Assembly (NCBI GenBank): GCA_026770705.1 | Contig: JANJGN010000002.1 | Location: 220,658,001 to 220,722,000 of the forward strand | Direction of reading: 5' to 3' | Origin: Isurus oxyrinchus | Lineage: Eukaryota | Length of the DNA stretch: 64,000 nt | Shown: one piece after another, positions 50,148 through 62,940 of the stretch | How the letters are laid out: each line of letters starts with the position of its first letter | Numbering within the stretch: the first letter of the stretch is position 1 | Made by a program: the position numbers and the translations under genes | The notes under the pieces: model-generated | The model's database searches: none | Told to the model about the DNA's origin: nothing | Seen by the model: the letters and a program-made list of their open reading frames with translations, nothing else

Positions 50148-52190
50148 ATGCACTTGGGTGGGGCAGCAAACACCAAGCAGGAGGGCAGCTCGGGTGGGCA
50201 CCCAGCCCCCCACTTTTCGGATGAGTGTCTCACGGTCCTGCTGGAGGAGGTGGCTGCCAGGAGGGACACTGCTGTCCCCAAAGATAGGAGGAGGAGGCCA
50301 CCGCACCTCACCAAGAGGGCATGGGAGGAGGTGGCAGCCCAGGTGAGCAGCCATGACATGGTGCAGCGCTCATGGGTACAGTGCTGGAAGCGCTTCAATG
50401 ACCTGCTGCACTCAGGAAGGGTGAGTACCATGTTGGCATGGGTCAGTGTGCAAAAATGTTAAGGTCTGGCCGTCCCCACCCCCGTGGAGCTCAGGGTGTT
50501 AGAGTCTGAGTGCCAATAGTCAATGTCGCTAGAGCTGGCCAAGAGGGTGAGCCCTGGCTGCTTGGACTGAGTGCCTTGCAGCTTGAGGGCCATGACTTGG
50601 ATGTGCCCTGTGAGGTGTTCCTCAACTGGGATTGGCCAGGTTGCAATGGCGCTGCAGGTAGAAAGCGGACTAATCAATGCTCTTCTGCTCTTTCAGGAGA
50701 AGACAAGCCATAACCAGGCAGAGAGGGCATGTACAGGCGGAGGACCGCTCAACCTGTTGGTGCTCTCCTGGTTCAAGCAAGATGCCCTGGAGCTGGAGAG
50801 CCGGCACGCTCTCCGTGTAACCGGGTATGGAGAGGCAGGGATGCCAGATAAAGGTGAAAGCGCAGTGCACAGAGCTGAGAGTTTCAGATTGTACAACCAT
50901 TCTAGTGTAGTCTCCTTATTGATAGGAGCATCGAACCTGGAGTCACCATTGATCACTGAAAGACGATGGCACCATGATGCAGATCTCCATTGTCTCACCA
51001 GGGTGCCTGGCACGTACAGTGACAGAGTGATGACTTTAACTAATGACATGTTCTCGTTCTCGCTTTTAGGTTCGTCAGCAGGCGTCCTATCTGCAGACCC
51101 CGAAGGGCCACCCCTGACGCCGGAGGACCACCAGACATTACTGTCGCCTGCATCACACCCACTTTCTGAAGCAGGCACCAGTGCAGATACCGGCACCTCG
51201 GTGGGCATTAGATCGGCGGCTAGTACCTCGGTGCACTTTGGTGAGGGCACTTCACATTCGCTTGAGGTGTAGGTGGGGGCGGAGAGTCCCCAGGGCGGCG
51301 GCAGTCCGAGGATTTCTGGGGTCCAAGCTCAGTCAAAGGCTGATGATGAGCCTCTGGAGACGTCCATTAGGCGGCAGATGCTGGATGTCCAGTGAGATGT
51401 GCAGGAAGATCTGGTGCAGATCCATGAGGGTCTGTATTGTTTTAAAATTCATTCATAGGATGTGGACGTTGCTGGCTAGGTCAGCATTTATTGCCCATCA
51501 CAAATGCCCTCTGAACAAGGGCAATTTAAGAGTCAATCACATTGCTGTGGGTCTGGAGTCACATGTAGGCCAGACCAGGTAAAGGCAGCAAATTTCCTAA
51601 TGTCCTGAAGGACATTAGTGAACCCGATGGATTTTTATAACAATCGACAATGGCTTCATGGTCATCATTAAACTTCTAACTCCAGATTTTTATTGAATTC
51701 AAATTCCACCACCTGCCATAGTGGGATTTGAATCTGGGCCCCCAGAGCATTACCCTGGATCTCGGGATTATTAGTCCAGTGACAATACCACAACGCCATC
51801 ACCTCCCCAGCAACCATGCCATGGTCTCCATGCTGGGGGAGTCCATGCAGAACATAAGCACTGCATTGACCCTCATGGCCGAGCGCACTGCCTCCTCCAT
51901 TGAGAGAGGGGCAATTCTCATGGAGAGGCAGCTCCAGGGGCAGAATGGGGGAGATATGCTCGGCCCTGTGAGCCCTCACACAGGCACTGACCTCAGGTGG
52001 TCAGTGTCAGTGCGGGAGATGGATTGGGCACCCAGTATCCCAGCTGGGTGCCCGTCCACCAATGGGAGGTCCGCAGCGACCTCACTTTGGCGCACAAGCT
52101 GCCTGTCGTCTCTGCGGGTTCCTTTCAACATGCTCTGGATGACGGCAGCAGCTCCTCCGCCCCTCTCCCTGTGACTGTAAATAGCCTGTA
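50148..52190 (+). pseudogene. Harbinger Myb/SANT-like DNA-binding protein gene (exons ~50148-50420, 50697-50853, 51070-~52190)
   Basis: APHFSDECLTVLLEEV...AWEEVAAQVSS...RSWVQCWKRFNDL, then EKTSHNQAERACTGGG; GT-AG introns; premature stops and a SINE insertion in exon 3. Confidence 0.85.
51436..51808 (-). mobile_element. tRNA-derived SINE inserted in the Harbinger element
   Basis: Reverse complement of the 16380-17380 family. Confidence 0.85.
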
Positions 52191-52349
52191 ATTGTCAAAA
52201 TGATATAAATCTTGTTTTTGTTGTCATGGCCTGAGAATGCTTCACCTTTTTATTTTATTTATGCAGGGTACACCAGTATGTAATGCTGGACGTACGTGGC
52301 TCTGAGCTTTATTGCACAGGTAGTCAGTGTTCTCTGTGTTCAAATGAAA

Positions 52350-53590
52350 GGATCCTTTCAGACATCCGGGATGGAGGCAGCAGTCCTGGCATGCAGCTGA
52401 AGCTGAAGGACCTTTGGATCAAGGCATCCCTGCCTCCCTGGAGGTTACCGAGGTCTGGCTCCACGCCCTCAGCTTTCTCCTCACTGTGCTCACCTTCAGA
52501 CTCACTACTGGACTCATCACCTGAGGCCTGTGCAGCTGCGTCAAGACCCGCTTCTGCCAGTGGGGCCCCCCCTTGCCAGTGCCAGATTGTGGAGAGCACA
52601 GCATGCAACCACGATCAGTGACACACGCTCTGGGGGATATTGTAATGCTCCCCCTGAACGGTCCAGGCATCGGAAGCGCATCTTGAGAAGACCAATGGTC
52701 CTCTCTACCACCACCCTTGTGGAGGCATGCCTTCTATTGTAACGCTTCTCTGCCTCTGTTCTTGGGAGGCGGAGAGGCGTCATGAGCTACCTTTTCAACG
52801 GATAGCCCTTGTCACCCAGCAACCATCCATCTAGTCCAGTTGGAGCACTGAAGAGCTCGGCACCTAGGAATGTCTGAGGATGTAATCATCATGGGAGCTG
52901 CCAGGGCATCTTGCACAGACTTGCAGAATCCACATCCTGTGGTCACACACTATCTGCACATGCATGGAGTGGAAGCCCTTCCTGTTGACGAAGGCTCCCA
53001 GCCTACCCATTGGCACCTTGATGGCCACATGTGTGCGGGGGAACTCAGCAATTGCTCTGGCTCGCTCAGCCTGGCTGGCCTCGTCTGTATGATAAAAATA
53101 AAGGTCAGTACGTGCCTAAGTAGAGCTTCTGTCACCAGCTTGACGCTACTATGGACAGCTGATTGGGAGACTCCATACAGATACTCCACTGACCCCTGAA
53201 AAGTGTTGGAGGCATAGAAGTTGAGGGCCGCTGTGACCTTCAGAGCCACTGGCAAGGGGTGTCCGCTCACACAGTCGGAGCTGATCTCAGGCCCAATTAT
53301 CTGGCAAATGGAGGTCACGCTCTCCCTGGAGAGGCTGAGCCTCCTTTGGCATTGCAGCTCGGACATAGTGAGGTAGCTGCATTGCTGCCTGTAAACCCTA
53401 GCAGCAGGATAGTGGCATCTTCTGCAGCCCTTTCTGCCTTGGACTACCTGCTGGCCCCCTGTGCCTGCGCCTCTCCTCCCACAGCTCCCTCCCCCTGGAA
53501 GCTGCACAGGGACACGTGGCCTCCTCTCCCTTCTGCCCTTCTCTTCTTCCTCAGAGGAGATGCCACCAGCGGAGACAACAGTCCCCATTA
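52350..53590 (-). pseudogene. HARBI1-like DDE transposase, frameshifted
   Basis: LPVALKVTAALNFYAS, GVSQSAV, NRKGFHS, PGSSHD, LLGDKGYP, HASTRVVVERTIGLLKMRFRCLD. Confidence 0.92.
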
Positions 53591-54284
53591 TCAGGGTAAA
53601 GGAAGGCTGTCTGACACCTGGAAGGGTCCACACAGTGAATCCTCCTAGGGGCCTGGCAGACAGCAATGAGTGCTGAAAAGAAGCCGGGAAAGGCTAAGAG
53701 TGAAGCCCCGAACAGAGATGAAACTGCCAAAGTACCCAAAAGCAACCAGCTGCGAACTATCTCCAAAACTGCTCACGGCTCACCTTGGCAACGCTGCTGA
53801 CCCTCCTTATTCCGCCTGTGGGTGAGGTTTGTGAAAACGTCGGCTGGCCGCCTGCCCTGTTTTGCCGTGCCTAGAGCAGAAAAATCGCACGGGCAGGGGA
53901 AAAAAAAAATCACAGACAATTGGATTGTTAATGGCCTGAAGTGGCCTTTAATTAATGGTGGGCACCGGTCCAATGCCTGCACCTGCCCGCCGAGCGATGA
54001 CGTCGGGACGCTCACCCGGTGTCGTCACGCATTATTTCACTCCTGTTCGGGTTGGCCATGCGTCCGCCCGCGGGATGAGAAACTCAGCCCACAAAGCCAC
54101 TGGGTGGCTTTAAGCATGAATTAAAATGTACTTGTGCAACTTGAGGAACGTTTGAACTAACCCTGGCAGAGGTGTGGGAACCAGGAGAAAACGTCAGAGA
54201 GGAATACCAATGTGTGCAAAATACTGGGAGAGACAGGTAGCACCAGAATAGAGAACTGTAAGTTAATAGGTGGGGTCAGGGTAA

Positions 54285-56730
54285 GGGACAAAGTAATAAG
54301 AGTCTAAATCAGGGTTACTGTTCGTGTATGTGAATGCACTGAGTGTGGTAAATAAGATTGGTGAGCTACAGGTGCCGGTTGCCATGTGGAAATATGATGC
54401 TGTGGCTGTAACAGAGACCTGACTCAAGGCAGGGCAGGACTGGATCTTAAATATTCCTGGATACAAGGTATTCAGGAAAGATAAGAAAGGAAGAAAAGGG
54501 GGGACGGGTAGCGGTATTTATTAAGGGGAGCATGGCAGTGCTGGAGGAAGAGGATGCCCCACAGGGGTCAAGAGACTGGCGATTTGGCCAAGGAACAAAA
54601 AGGGTGCAATTACATTGCTCGGTGTAGTCTGTAGGCTACCATTTAGTGGGAAGGATGTGGAGGAACAAATCTGCAGGAAATTACAGAGAGGTGCAAAAAC
54701 TATAATGGGGGATTTTAATTATCCAAATATAAACTGGGATAGTGTTAGTGTAAAGAGCAGTGGTGGTGGGGGCGGGGGGTGGGTGAGAGTTCCTAGAGTG
54801 TGTTCAGAAGAATTTCTACTGCAGTATGTGTGCAGTCCAATGAAAAAGAAAACACTACTAGGCCTTGGTCTCGGGAATGAGATGGACAAGTAGACCAAGT
54901 GTCAGTGCAAGAACATTTAAGGGGCAGTGATCATTGTATCATAAGGTTTAGGGTGACCCTGGAAAAGGACAGCAAACAGTCCAGAGTAAAAATAAGTAAC
55001 TGGGGAAAAGCCAACTTCAATGGAGAAAGAATGGATTTGGGCCGAATAAATTGGAGTCAAAGGTTGGCAGGAAAAACGGTAGCTGATCAATGGGCTACCT
55101 TCAGAGAAGAGATGATTCAAACACAGTAAAGGTATATTCTCTCAAAGGGAAAGGTAGGGCAAACAAATCTGGAGCTCCCTGGATGACAAAGGAGGTAGAA
55201 ATTAAAATAAAGAAGAAAAAGTGTGCTTGTGACAGGTGTATGGTAGAAAATACAAGAGAGGAGGTGAAAAAACAAATAACAAAAGCAAAGAGGGGCTATA
55301 AAAAGAGACCAGCAGCTAACGTAAAATGGAATCCCAAAGTCTTCTATAGGCATATAAATAGTAAAATGGTGGTCAAAGGAGGAGTAGGGCCAATTAGGGA
55401 CCAGAAAGGGGATTTACACATGGTTGTATGGCTGAGGTATTGAATCAATGTTTTACATCTGTCTTTACCAAGGAACAACATGCTACCCAGGCCACAGTGA
55501 AAGAGGAGTAAATTCAGTCACTAGAAGTATTTAAAATTGTTAAGAAAGAGGTATTTGAAAAAGCTGTTTGTACTTAAAGTTGAGAAAGCCTGGGGCTAGA
55601 TGAGATGCACTGAAGGATACTGGGGGAAGTGGGAGTAGAAATTGCAGAAGCATTGGCCATAATTTTTCAGTCTTCCATAGACTCTGAGGTGGTGCCCAAG
55701 GACTGGAGAATTGCAAACATTATGCCCTTGTACAAAAAAGAGATAAGCCCAGCAACTACAAACCAGTCAGTTTAATTTTGACGGTGGGAAACTTCTAGAA
55801 ACAATAATTTGGGACAGAATGTAGAGTCACATGGACAAGTGCAGTTTAATTAAGGAGAGCCATCATGGATTTCATATTTAACTAACTTGCTGGAGTTTTT
55901 CGAAAAGGTAAAGAGAAGGTTGATGAGGGCAATGTGGCTAATGTGGTTTACAGGGACTTCCAAAAGGCATTTGATACAGTGCCGCACAACAGTCTTGTGA
56001 GAAAAGTTATAGCTCACGGGATAAGCAGTAGCAACATGGATACAAAATTGGCTGAGTGACAGGAAACAGAGAGTAATGGTTAATGAATGTTATTTTAGGC
56101 TGGAGGAAGGTTTGCAGTGGAGTTCCCCAGGGGTTGATATTGGGACTCTTGTATTTCCTGGTATATATTAATGATCTAGACCTTGGTGAACAGGGAACAA
56201 TTTCTAAATTTGCGGACGATATTAAACTTGGAAGCATTGTAAACTGTGAGGAGGACAGTGTAGAACTTCAGGATGTGGTGAAATGGGCAGACAGGTGGCA
56301 GACGAAGTACTTTGTGGAGAAATGTGAAGAATGATACATTTTGGTAGGAAGAACATGGATAGACAGCATGAAATATTGGGTACAACTGTAAAAAGGGTGC
56401 AGGAGCAGAGGAACCTGTGTGTATAAGTCATTAGAAGTGGCAGGGTAGGTGGAGAGAAGTTAATAAAGCATATAGTATCCTGGGCTTTATTAATAGGGGC
56501 ATAGAATACAACAGCAAGGAGGTTATGTTGAACTTGTATAAGAGACTAGTTAGACCTCAACTGGAGTATTGCGTACAATTCTGGGTGTTGCATTTTAGGA
56601 AGGATTTGAAGACATTAGAGAGAGTGCAGAAGAAGTTTACAAGAATGATTTCAGAGATGAGAAACTTCAGTTATGAAGATAGATTGGAGAAGTTGGGACT
56701 CTCTTCCTTGGAGAAAAGAAGACCGAGAGG
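54285..56730 (+). mobile_element. Long CR1 LINE remnant (APE endonuclease and RT, degenerate)
   Basis: [59 protein letters not shown]. Confidence 0.93.
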
Positions 56731-57554
56731 CAGAAGGATGACTTGGTGTATGTAGCTGTGTTTTGAGCAGCCCTCTGCAGGATTAGCTTTGCTCATCCCA
56801 CTGGGGGAAGGGGCTAGAAAAGGTGCCATAAAAAGAGCGTGACTCTCTCGAAAGCCAGCTGGAAAGTTGCATCTAGCAGGATCACCCATGATCTCAGTGA
56901 TCACAACTAAGAAAGACAAAAAAATCACGGACAGCAACCACAATGCAAAGCTTAATTACCTTTGAAATGATGGCTCTGAATAATGTAACTCCCTAAATTG
57001 CTTTCAGCACATGACTCTGAATAGCACACATACTACTCAATCGCCTGTAAAAATACTTCACCGTCACAAGTAACTGACAAGGGCCGGCTGAATAAACAAT
57101 GGCCGGAATTTTCTGTCCCCATTGTGGTGGGTGTCATGGTGGGCAGGGGGACATTATGACAGGAAGGCCTAATATTGATTTCAAGTCATTGTGGAACCTG
57201 TTAGCCGTCGTCCGCTCCACCCGTCAATGGCCTTTCCTGCCATCTAATATTGGGAACTCAATTTCAGTGCATTTGCATCTCTTCATCTTGCTGCTCACTG
57301 GAATCACACCTCCATGTCAAGTTTACCACCCACATCAGTGGGAAACACACCAGCCCAGAATATGTCTGTACAAGTGTGATGTGCAGAAGTTCGAACTTAA
57401 CGTTAGGGCTGCTCTTACATTGCTAACATCCGAGGAGCAGAAAATCCATGAGCTCTACAGCTACCGAACCCTGCAGGAACATGTGCATTGCATGCTGGAT
57501 GGATTCTCATGGAAATGGCTCCATCATCAAGCAGCTCACGGAAAGTGGGAGGTC

Positions 57555-58145
57555 CACAGTGAATCTCTTAACTTTTGTTCCTATAGGCAACAGCTTGGTA
57601 CATGGAGGCTGGAGGCTTATGACACTTGTTACATCTTTGGATGCTTTCCTCTTACACATAGCCTTCTCTCCCTTATATATATTTTCCCCTTTGAATGCAA
57701 ATTTCATTGTTTCAATATGTCTTTGGACTTTACCTTTCTAATAATAAAAATCTTTCATTGTACCAACTTTATTAGTAAGCTTTGGGAAAAATAAACACAC
57801 TGTTTGGCTTCTTCTGGCTAAGTGTAACATTTCACCACCTCTTTTGAAACTCAAACTACTCTGGTTTATCTAAAAATGCAAAGTTCCCTTTACACCTCAC
57901 ATTCTGAAACTCCAGCCATATTTACTTATTTAGCTTCTCTTCTGATACATCAAACCCTTCAGACCAGCTGTCTTTAATTCAATTATGTCCGCATGCACGC
58001 ACACACACACACACACCCACACACAGACTATCCAGACCCCACTATTCCTACTTTGCAATAAATCCCAATAACATTATGAAAATTATGGGGGAGGGGAAAG
58101 AACAGGGGAGCTGAGAAGAAACTTTATGACTACCATTACTGTCAA
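57555..58145 (-). mobile_element. Truncated copy of the solo-LTR-like family
   Basis: Reverse complement matches 6520-6780 and 7454-7680; includes a (CA)n tract at 57990-58025. Confidence 0.65.
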
Positions 58146-58559
58146 AATCAAAAGTGAGCGGAGCCAGTGTTGGACAGACACAGGTGCTTCATGGGTGTGA
58201 TGGGTGGGTGGGTGGAGATGCAGATCAGCTCAGATGGACAACTGAAAGAGAACCCCGGCAAAGAGCATTGAAAATGCTCGGGACATTGAGGTGAGCGTGA
58301 TGGGGAAGGCTCCGTATGCATGCGAGAGTGCTTGCACGAGGCCCTGACAGGCCCTCCCCACACACACACACTTCTCCCTCCAGATTCACCCATGATTCAG
58401 CTGAACTGCTAGTGGGGGGAATGCAGGGGGATAAAGTCACCATTACACGTTATTCAGTGAAAGTGAATATATTTTCAGATTTAAAGTGACAAAATGTATT
58501 CACCTGTGCAACCACTTGTGATCATAAATTCTTAATTTTTCTAGGCCTTCCATTTCTTA

Positions 58560-60421
58560 CAGGTGCTGCCCTGACATCTGCAGAAGGGGTGGCGACAGCC
58601 TGTGAAATGGTTGGCAAAAACAAAAACAGAATTACCTGGAAAAACTCAGCAGGTCTGGCAGCATCGGTGGAGAAGAAAAGAGCCGACGTTTCGAGTCCTC
58701 ATGACCCCTCGACAGAAGTAATTCTGTTTTTGTTTTTGTTTTGCATTTCCAGCATCCGCAGTTTTTTTGTTTTTATCTCTGTGAAATGGTTGGCCCTGTT
58801 GCCTCTGATGGCCTTGATGCATGGAGAGTTGAGGCCTTGAGGGTCCCAGCTTGCTTTGGCTGTTCTCCTGTGGGTCAGCTGCTCCCTCCGCAGTGACAGA
58901 GGGTGAGGTTGAGGGGCTCAGAGGCAAAGGGGACTCAGAAGAAGAGGACGCCTCTGAGGTTCCTGAGTGGATGACACAGGGGTGTCCAGCTGCTGTTCCT
59001 CCTCCCTTCGGGTGCCCAAGAGTCCCGTCCTGACTCCTTGAGGGGAAGGGACACCAGGAGGGAGATCGAGGTGCCCCGTTTCCCTCTCACATTGCCACTG
59101 CAGGAACTCACCCATGGCTACCATGATGGAGTGCAGGTCTGCGTGTATCTTGCATTCTGCTGTACCACGGTCTCTATGGCATCTGCCATCCTACCCATGA
59201 AGGCCTCCATAGGCGAACATGTGGACACCACTTTATCAAACAGCAGGTGGATGCACTCCTCTGATTCTCATGCCGCTCTTGAGGGATCTCAACAGCTCTG
59301 CGTGATGTTCCCCCGCTTTCTGTTGATCCTCCAAGATGAGTTGGGAGGCCGAATCCAGGGGCTCCTGATCTGACTCAGACCTCACAGATGCCTCTTCCCC
59401 ATCAGTCCTCCAAGTGCTGGGGAGCTCTGCTGAACCTGCCTCCTACTGCTACGGACACGTGTCTGTGCGGTGACCACCAGATTGTGAACCCAAGTCTGCT
59501 CTAGATCTAGGTCCTACTGAAGTGTGTGTCTCTGCGCTGGTGGAGGTTGTGGGTAAGTGCTGTGATGAGTTTTCCAGGTTGCCTATTTCCAGCTCTTCAA
59601 TGGAGGAGGTGTCCTCTTGGCTGGAGGTGAGGATCTGGATAGAGCTGAGGGACTGGCTGGCTGAGGGTGTCAGTTGCTTGGCAGAGCTCCCTGTGAACCA
59701 GAGAAGAGATAGTTAGTGCATGGCAGCAGAGGAAGCAGGAGAGAGAGCACTGACAGTTGCGCTGAGAGAGGGATGAGGTGGTGCAGGATCCTCATATGGG
59801 ATTTTGCCACTGACTTCACCATCGCCGCAGGCACAGTCCACATCCTCACCAGTCAGCACAATGGCACGCGCCTCAAAGTGAGTGAGAGGCCTAATGTGGG
59901 CCACACCACACCCGGTCTGGGACCTCTCCCTGCTGTTGTGAGCCAGCTTCTCCTGCATGAAAACAGGAGATAGTGTGAGCAGGACACGTGCCACTGCATG
60001 GAATGTTTGTGTGGTGAGCGGAGTCGTGGACGGGATGAAGGCGTGAACTCCAGAGGATATGAGACTGATAGAAATGTGAGGGTGTGAGAGTTAGTGGTGT
60101 TGTTTCTTGAGGTCTGAGATCCCTATGGATGTGTGATGGGTTTGTGATTGTGTGAGTTGAGAGTGATGAGGTGGTTGACTTACACTGGCGGAACGGATGA
60201 GAGCATTCAAGCTCTTCCTGCACTGGGTGGCTGACCTCCTCTGTGATCCGGTGGCAGTGACCGCTGCCGCCTCCCAGGCCGGACTGGTGACTCTGGTGGA
60301 CATCCTGTGGTGAGAGTGTGGGTAGACGACATCGTGGTGGCCTTCCACTGCAGCCAGCAGGCACAACAGGGAGGCATCACTAAATTTGGGGACTACTGTC
60401 TTCCTTGCTTTTGGGGCCCAT
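58560..60421 (-). pseudogene. Harbinger Myb/SANT-like gene remnant
   Basis: PKFSDASLLCLLAAVE...AWEAAAV...RSATQCRKSLNALIRSA, donor GTAAGT at 60183, acceptor at 59953, then EKLAHNSRERSQTGCG. Confidence 0.78.
58616..58778. mobile_element. Short inverted Penelope-like insertion with hammerhead motif (58682-58720, minus)
   Basis: Perfect 16-bp TSD ctgtgaaatggttggc; minus strand CTGTCGA-G-GGGTC atgag GACTC-GAAAC-GTC; internal inversion. Confidence 0.88.
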
Positions 60422-61034
60422 CTGTTACCTGCAGCAGACCTGGTCTGAAGACATGAAGTAGGCATGCGCTCTGGTGCACTTTAATTCCAGCGCCCAGAGT
60501 GAGGAAGCGCTGGGGTCACGGTGTGGCAGTAAATCCAAGCCCGCCTGTCAGCGAGCTGGTGCGTTTCACGTGAATGCGTTATTATTCCGGCGGGATGCAC
60601 TGGTAATAGACGATACGGTGCGAAAAGCTGTCATTGCAGCCAGCGGGTAATAAGCTCTTTATCCCAGCCCGCTACCTCACTTTATGCAAGTCTGGGACAA
60701 TTTCACTCGATGTTTTCCTGTACCATTTTATTAGCGCTTACTTTAACCGCAGTGCAAATACCCTGGAATGTCTTTTTTCACTTCAAGAGCTTGATTAACA
60801 GGTCAGCATTTCCTAATCTCCACAAATAACAAGAGCATGACTCACAAGGAAATGCAACAAATAACTCCTTCTGGTTGCATAATACACATAGCAATTGCCT
60901 AATGGCACTGGTTTCAGGCATCACCTGAGCCTCAAGGAAACTGCGTGGGATTAAATTCGCACTTTTATTTTGAGTGCTATTCATTTTTTTGCCTGTAACC
61001 CTTTCAGTCGCAGTTGTAGTTAAATTCGATGCCA

Positions 61035-61150
61035 AAGCAAAGTACTGTGGAAGCTAGAGAATGGGAAACAAGCAGAAAATGCTGGAATTATTCAGCAGGG
61101 GTCTGGCAGCTTCTGTGGAGTGCTGTAAATGTTTCGGGTCGATGACCTGA
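61035..61150 (-). mobile_element. Old Penelope-like terminal fragment (family A)
   Basis: gcagaaaatgctggaattattcagcagg...gtttcgggtcgatgacct. Confidence 0.6.
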
Positions 61151-61447
61151 AAAGAAGTACCCAGGTGATTTCCTCAAGTCACTGAGAACATTAAATCGAG
61201 CCTATGTTTACGGGCCCTGCTATGTCCTCTTATTGTAAAGGTATTGAGGCAACACGGGGATGTGGGAGGTCTAACCAGACCTTCAACTGGGAGTTAACAT
61301 CACCTCTTTTTGTGAAATACATTCACAAGAATGCAGAATATTTAGTGAGCTTTGTTAAGTTATTAGGAATCCTTTTCCAACGCATGGTTTTAGGTAGCAG
61401 TTGCGACGCTTCAAAAGTGGCCCCATATAAGTACTTGGGGATGTCGT

Positions 61448-61560
61448 GGGCGGGATTTTCCACATCGTCCACCGCCGGGATCTTCCAGTCCTGCCGCAAG
61501 TCAACGAGCTTCTGGCTGGGCTACCGCCTCGCCCGCAATCGGGCCGGAAAAATCCCGGCC
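61448..61560. mobile_element. Tiny Harbinger-type MITE (113 bp, CpG-rich)
   Basis: TIRs gggcgggatttt / aaaatcccggcc. Confidence 0.7.
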
Positions 61561-61802
61561 CCTGAGTTCGTGAAAGGGTGCCACACTTATAAATGCAATT
61601 CCTTTCTATCACATCAATAATATGCAGCTCTGACTGATAGAATAGGGTGGACTATTGCTGGAATACAGGCAGGATCAGCTGGTTTTGTAGCACATGCAGA
61701 TCGATGGCCAGGGGAACCAAAAATCTATTCTACGAAATCATCAATTACTTAGGAGTGATGCATGAGAAAATACAAGATGCACTAGTACATGTAATGTAAG
61801 AC

Positions 61803-62150
61803 TAGGCGTGCCAACTGTGATTAAATGTATTCCTGGAGGCTTCATCACATGACTTTCCCCTCATGCTCCAGCCATTAGTTGGCCAACACATCCATCCTTG
61901 TGGTGCACTGCCAATTGGAAAGCGAAAAGACTCATTACCCAATTGGTAATGCTTGACTGTCAGCCAAACAGGCTTTTTCCCCCTATTTTCAATATTTTTA
62001 TATCTGGTAAAGGGAAATGTTCAAAGCAAATGACAAAAAAAAAAATCTTTTTTGAAGACCCAACGATTTTTCTCCAGGGTTGGCACACAGCAGTGTCCTT
62101 CTTCAATTCCTGGAAACTCTTAGGCCAATCCTAGAGGGTTAGCAACCCTA
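61803..62150. mobile_element. hAT-type MITE
   Basis: TIRs taggcgtgccaac / gttagcaacccta; near 8-bp TSD tgtaagac/tgcaagat; related remnants at ~1490-1550 and ~14440-14500. Confidence 0.7.
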
Positions 62151-62199
62151 TGCAAGATGCCAGCAAGCCAAGTGCATTCTAAATATGCATATTAGCAAA

Positions 62200-62940
62200 A
62201 TAAAAGCAAATGGTCAACAACGAAAGACGGATAAGGAGTGGCAATATAAATTAAATTTACAATTTTCAAGAGGATGCAGAAAGACACAATCCAGTAGCGT
62301 TTCTACAGAAATCTTTACAGGTGGCTGGGCCAGTTGAACAGGCTGTTAAAAAAAAATGTGGCATCCTTGGCTTTATAAACAGAGGCATAGAATAAAGCAA
62401 GGGAGTTATGCATCAGCTGGAGTATTTTGGGCACTGCATATTAGAAAACATGTCAGGACCTTAGATGGTACAAAAGAGATTTACTAGAACGGTACCAGGG
62501 AGGAGAGATTTCAGCTACTTGGAAGGACAAGAGAGACAGGTGTTGTTCTCCTTAGAACAGAGCAGGTTAAGGGGCATTTGATGGGGATGATCAAAATCAT
62601 GAAATATTTCAACAGAGTAAATAAGGAACATTTTTTTCCAATGGCAGAAGGATTGGTGACCAGAGGACACAGACTTAGGGTAATTGGCAAAAGAGCCAGA
62701 GAGAAATGAGAAGATTTTTTTTCTTTTTTCGGAAGATTATTATGATCTGAAATGCAAAGCCCAAACGGATGGTGGAAGAAGATTCCATTAAAAGTTTCAA
62801 AACGGAATTGGGTGAATACTTAAAGGGGAAAAATTTCTAGGGCTATGGGAAAAGGGCAGGGGAATGGGGACTAATTGGTTAATTCTTTCAAAGAGCAGGC
62901 ACAGGTATGATGGGCCAATTGGCCTCTTTCTGTGCCTTCT
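62200..62940 (+). mobile_element. CR1 LINE 3' fragment (old)
   Basis: [21 protein letters not shown], and CR1 tail. Confidence 0.85.

Larger units (their letters stand above)
49929..54090. mobile_element. PIF/Harbinger DNA transposon (degenerate two-gene element)
   Basis: Convergent Myb/SANT gene (+) and DDE transposase (-); degenerate TIRs tgactggattttgcc / gaaactcagccc. Confidence 0.88.
57101..60708 (-). mobile_element. Second Harbinger-derived element carrying a Myb/SANT gene, interrupted by LTR and Penelope insertions
   Basis: TIR-like ggccggaatttt at 57101 and gggacaatttcactc at ~60700; Myb ORF remnants; no transposase recognised. Boundaries approximate. Confidence 0.6.

Noticed and set aside
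56960-57044. Possible non-coding 5' exon of PLSCR (TTTTTACAG ... GTAATT on the minus strand)
   Set aside because: Splice motifs alone are too weak; the promoter and first exon cannot be located from sequence.
57099-57794. 231-aa ORF
   Set aside because: Spans a Harbinger end and an antisense LTR-like repeat; no recognisable domain.
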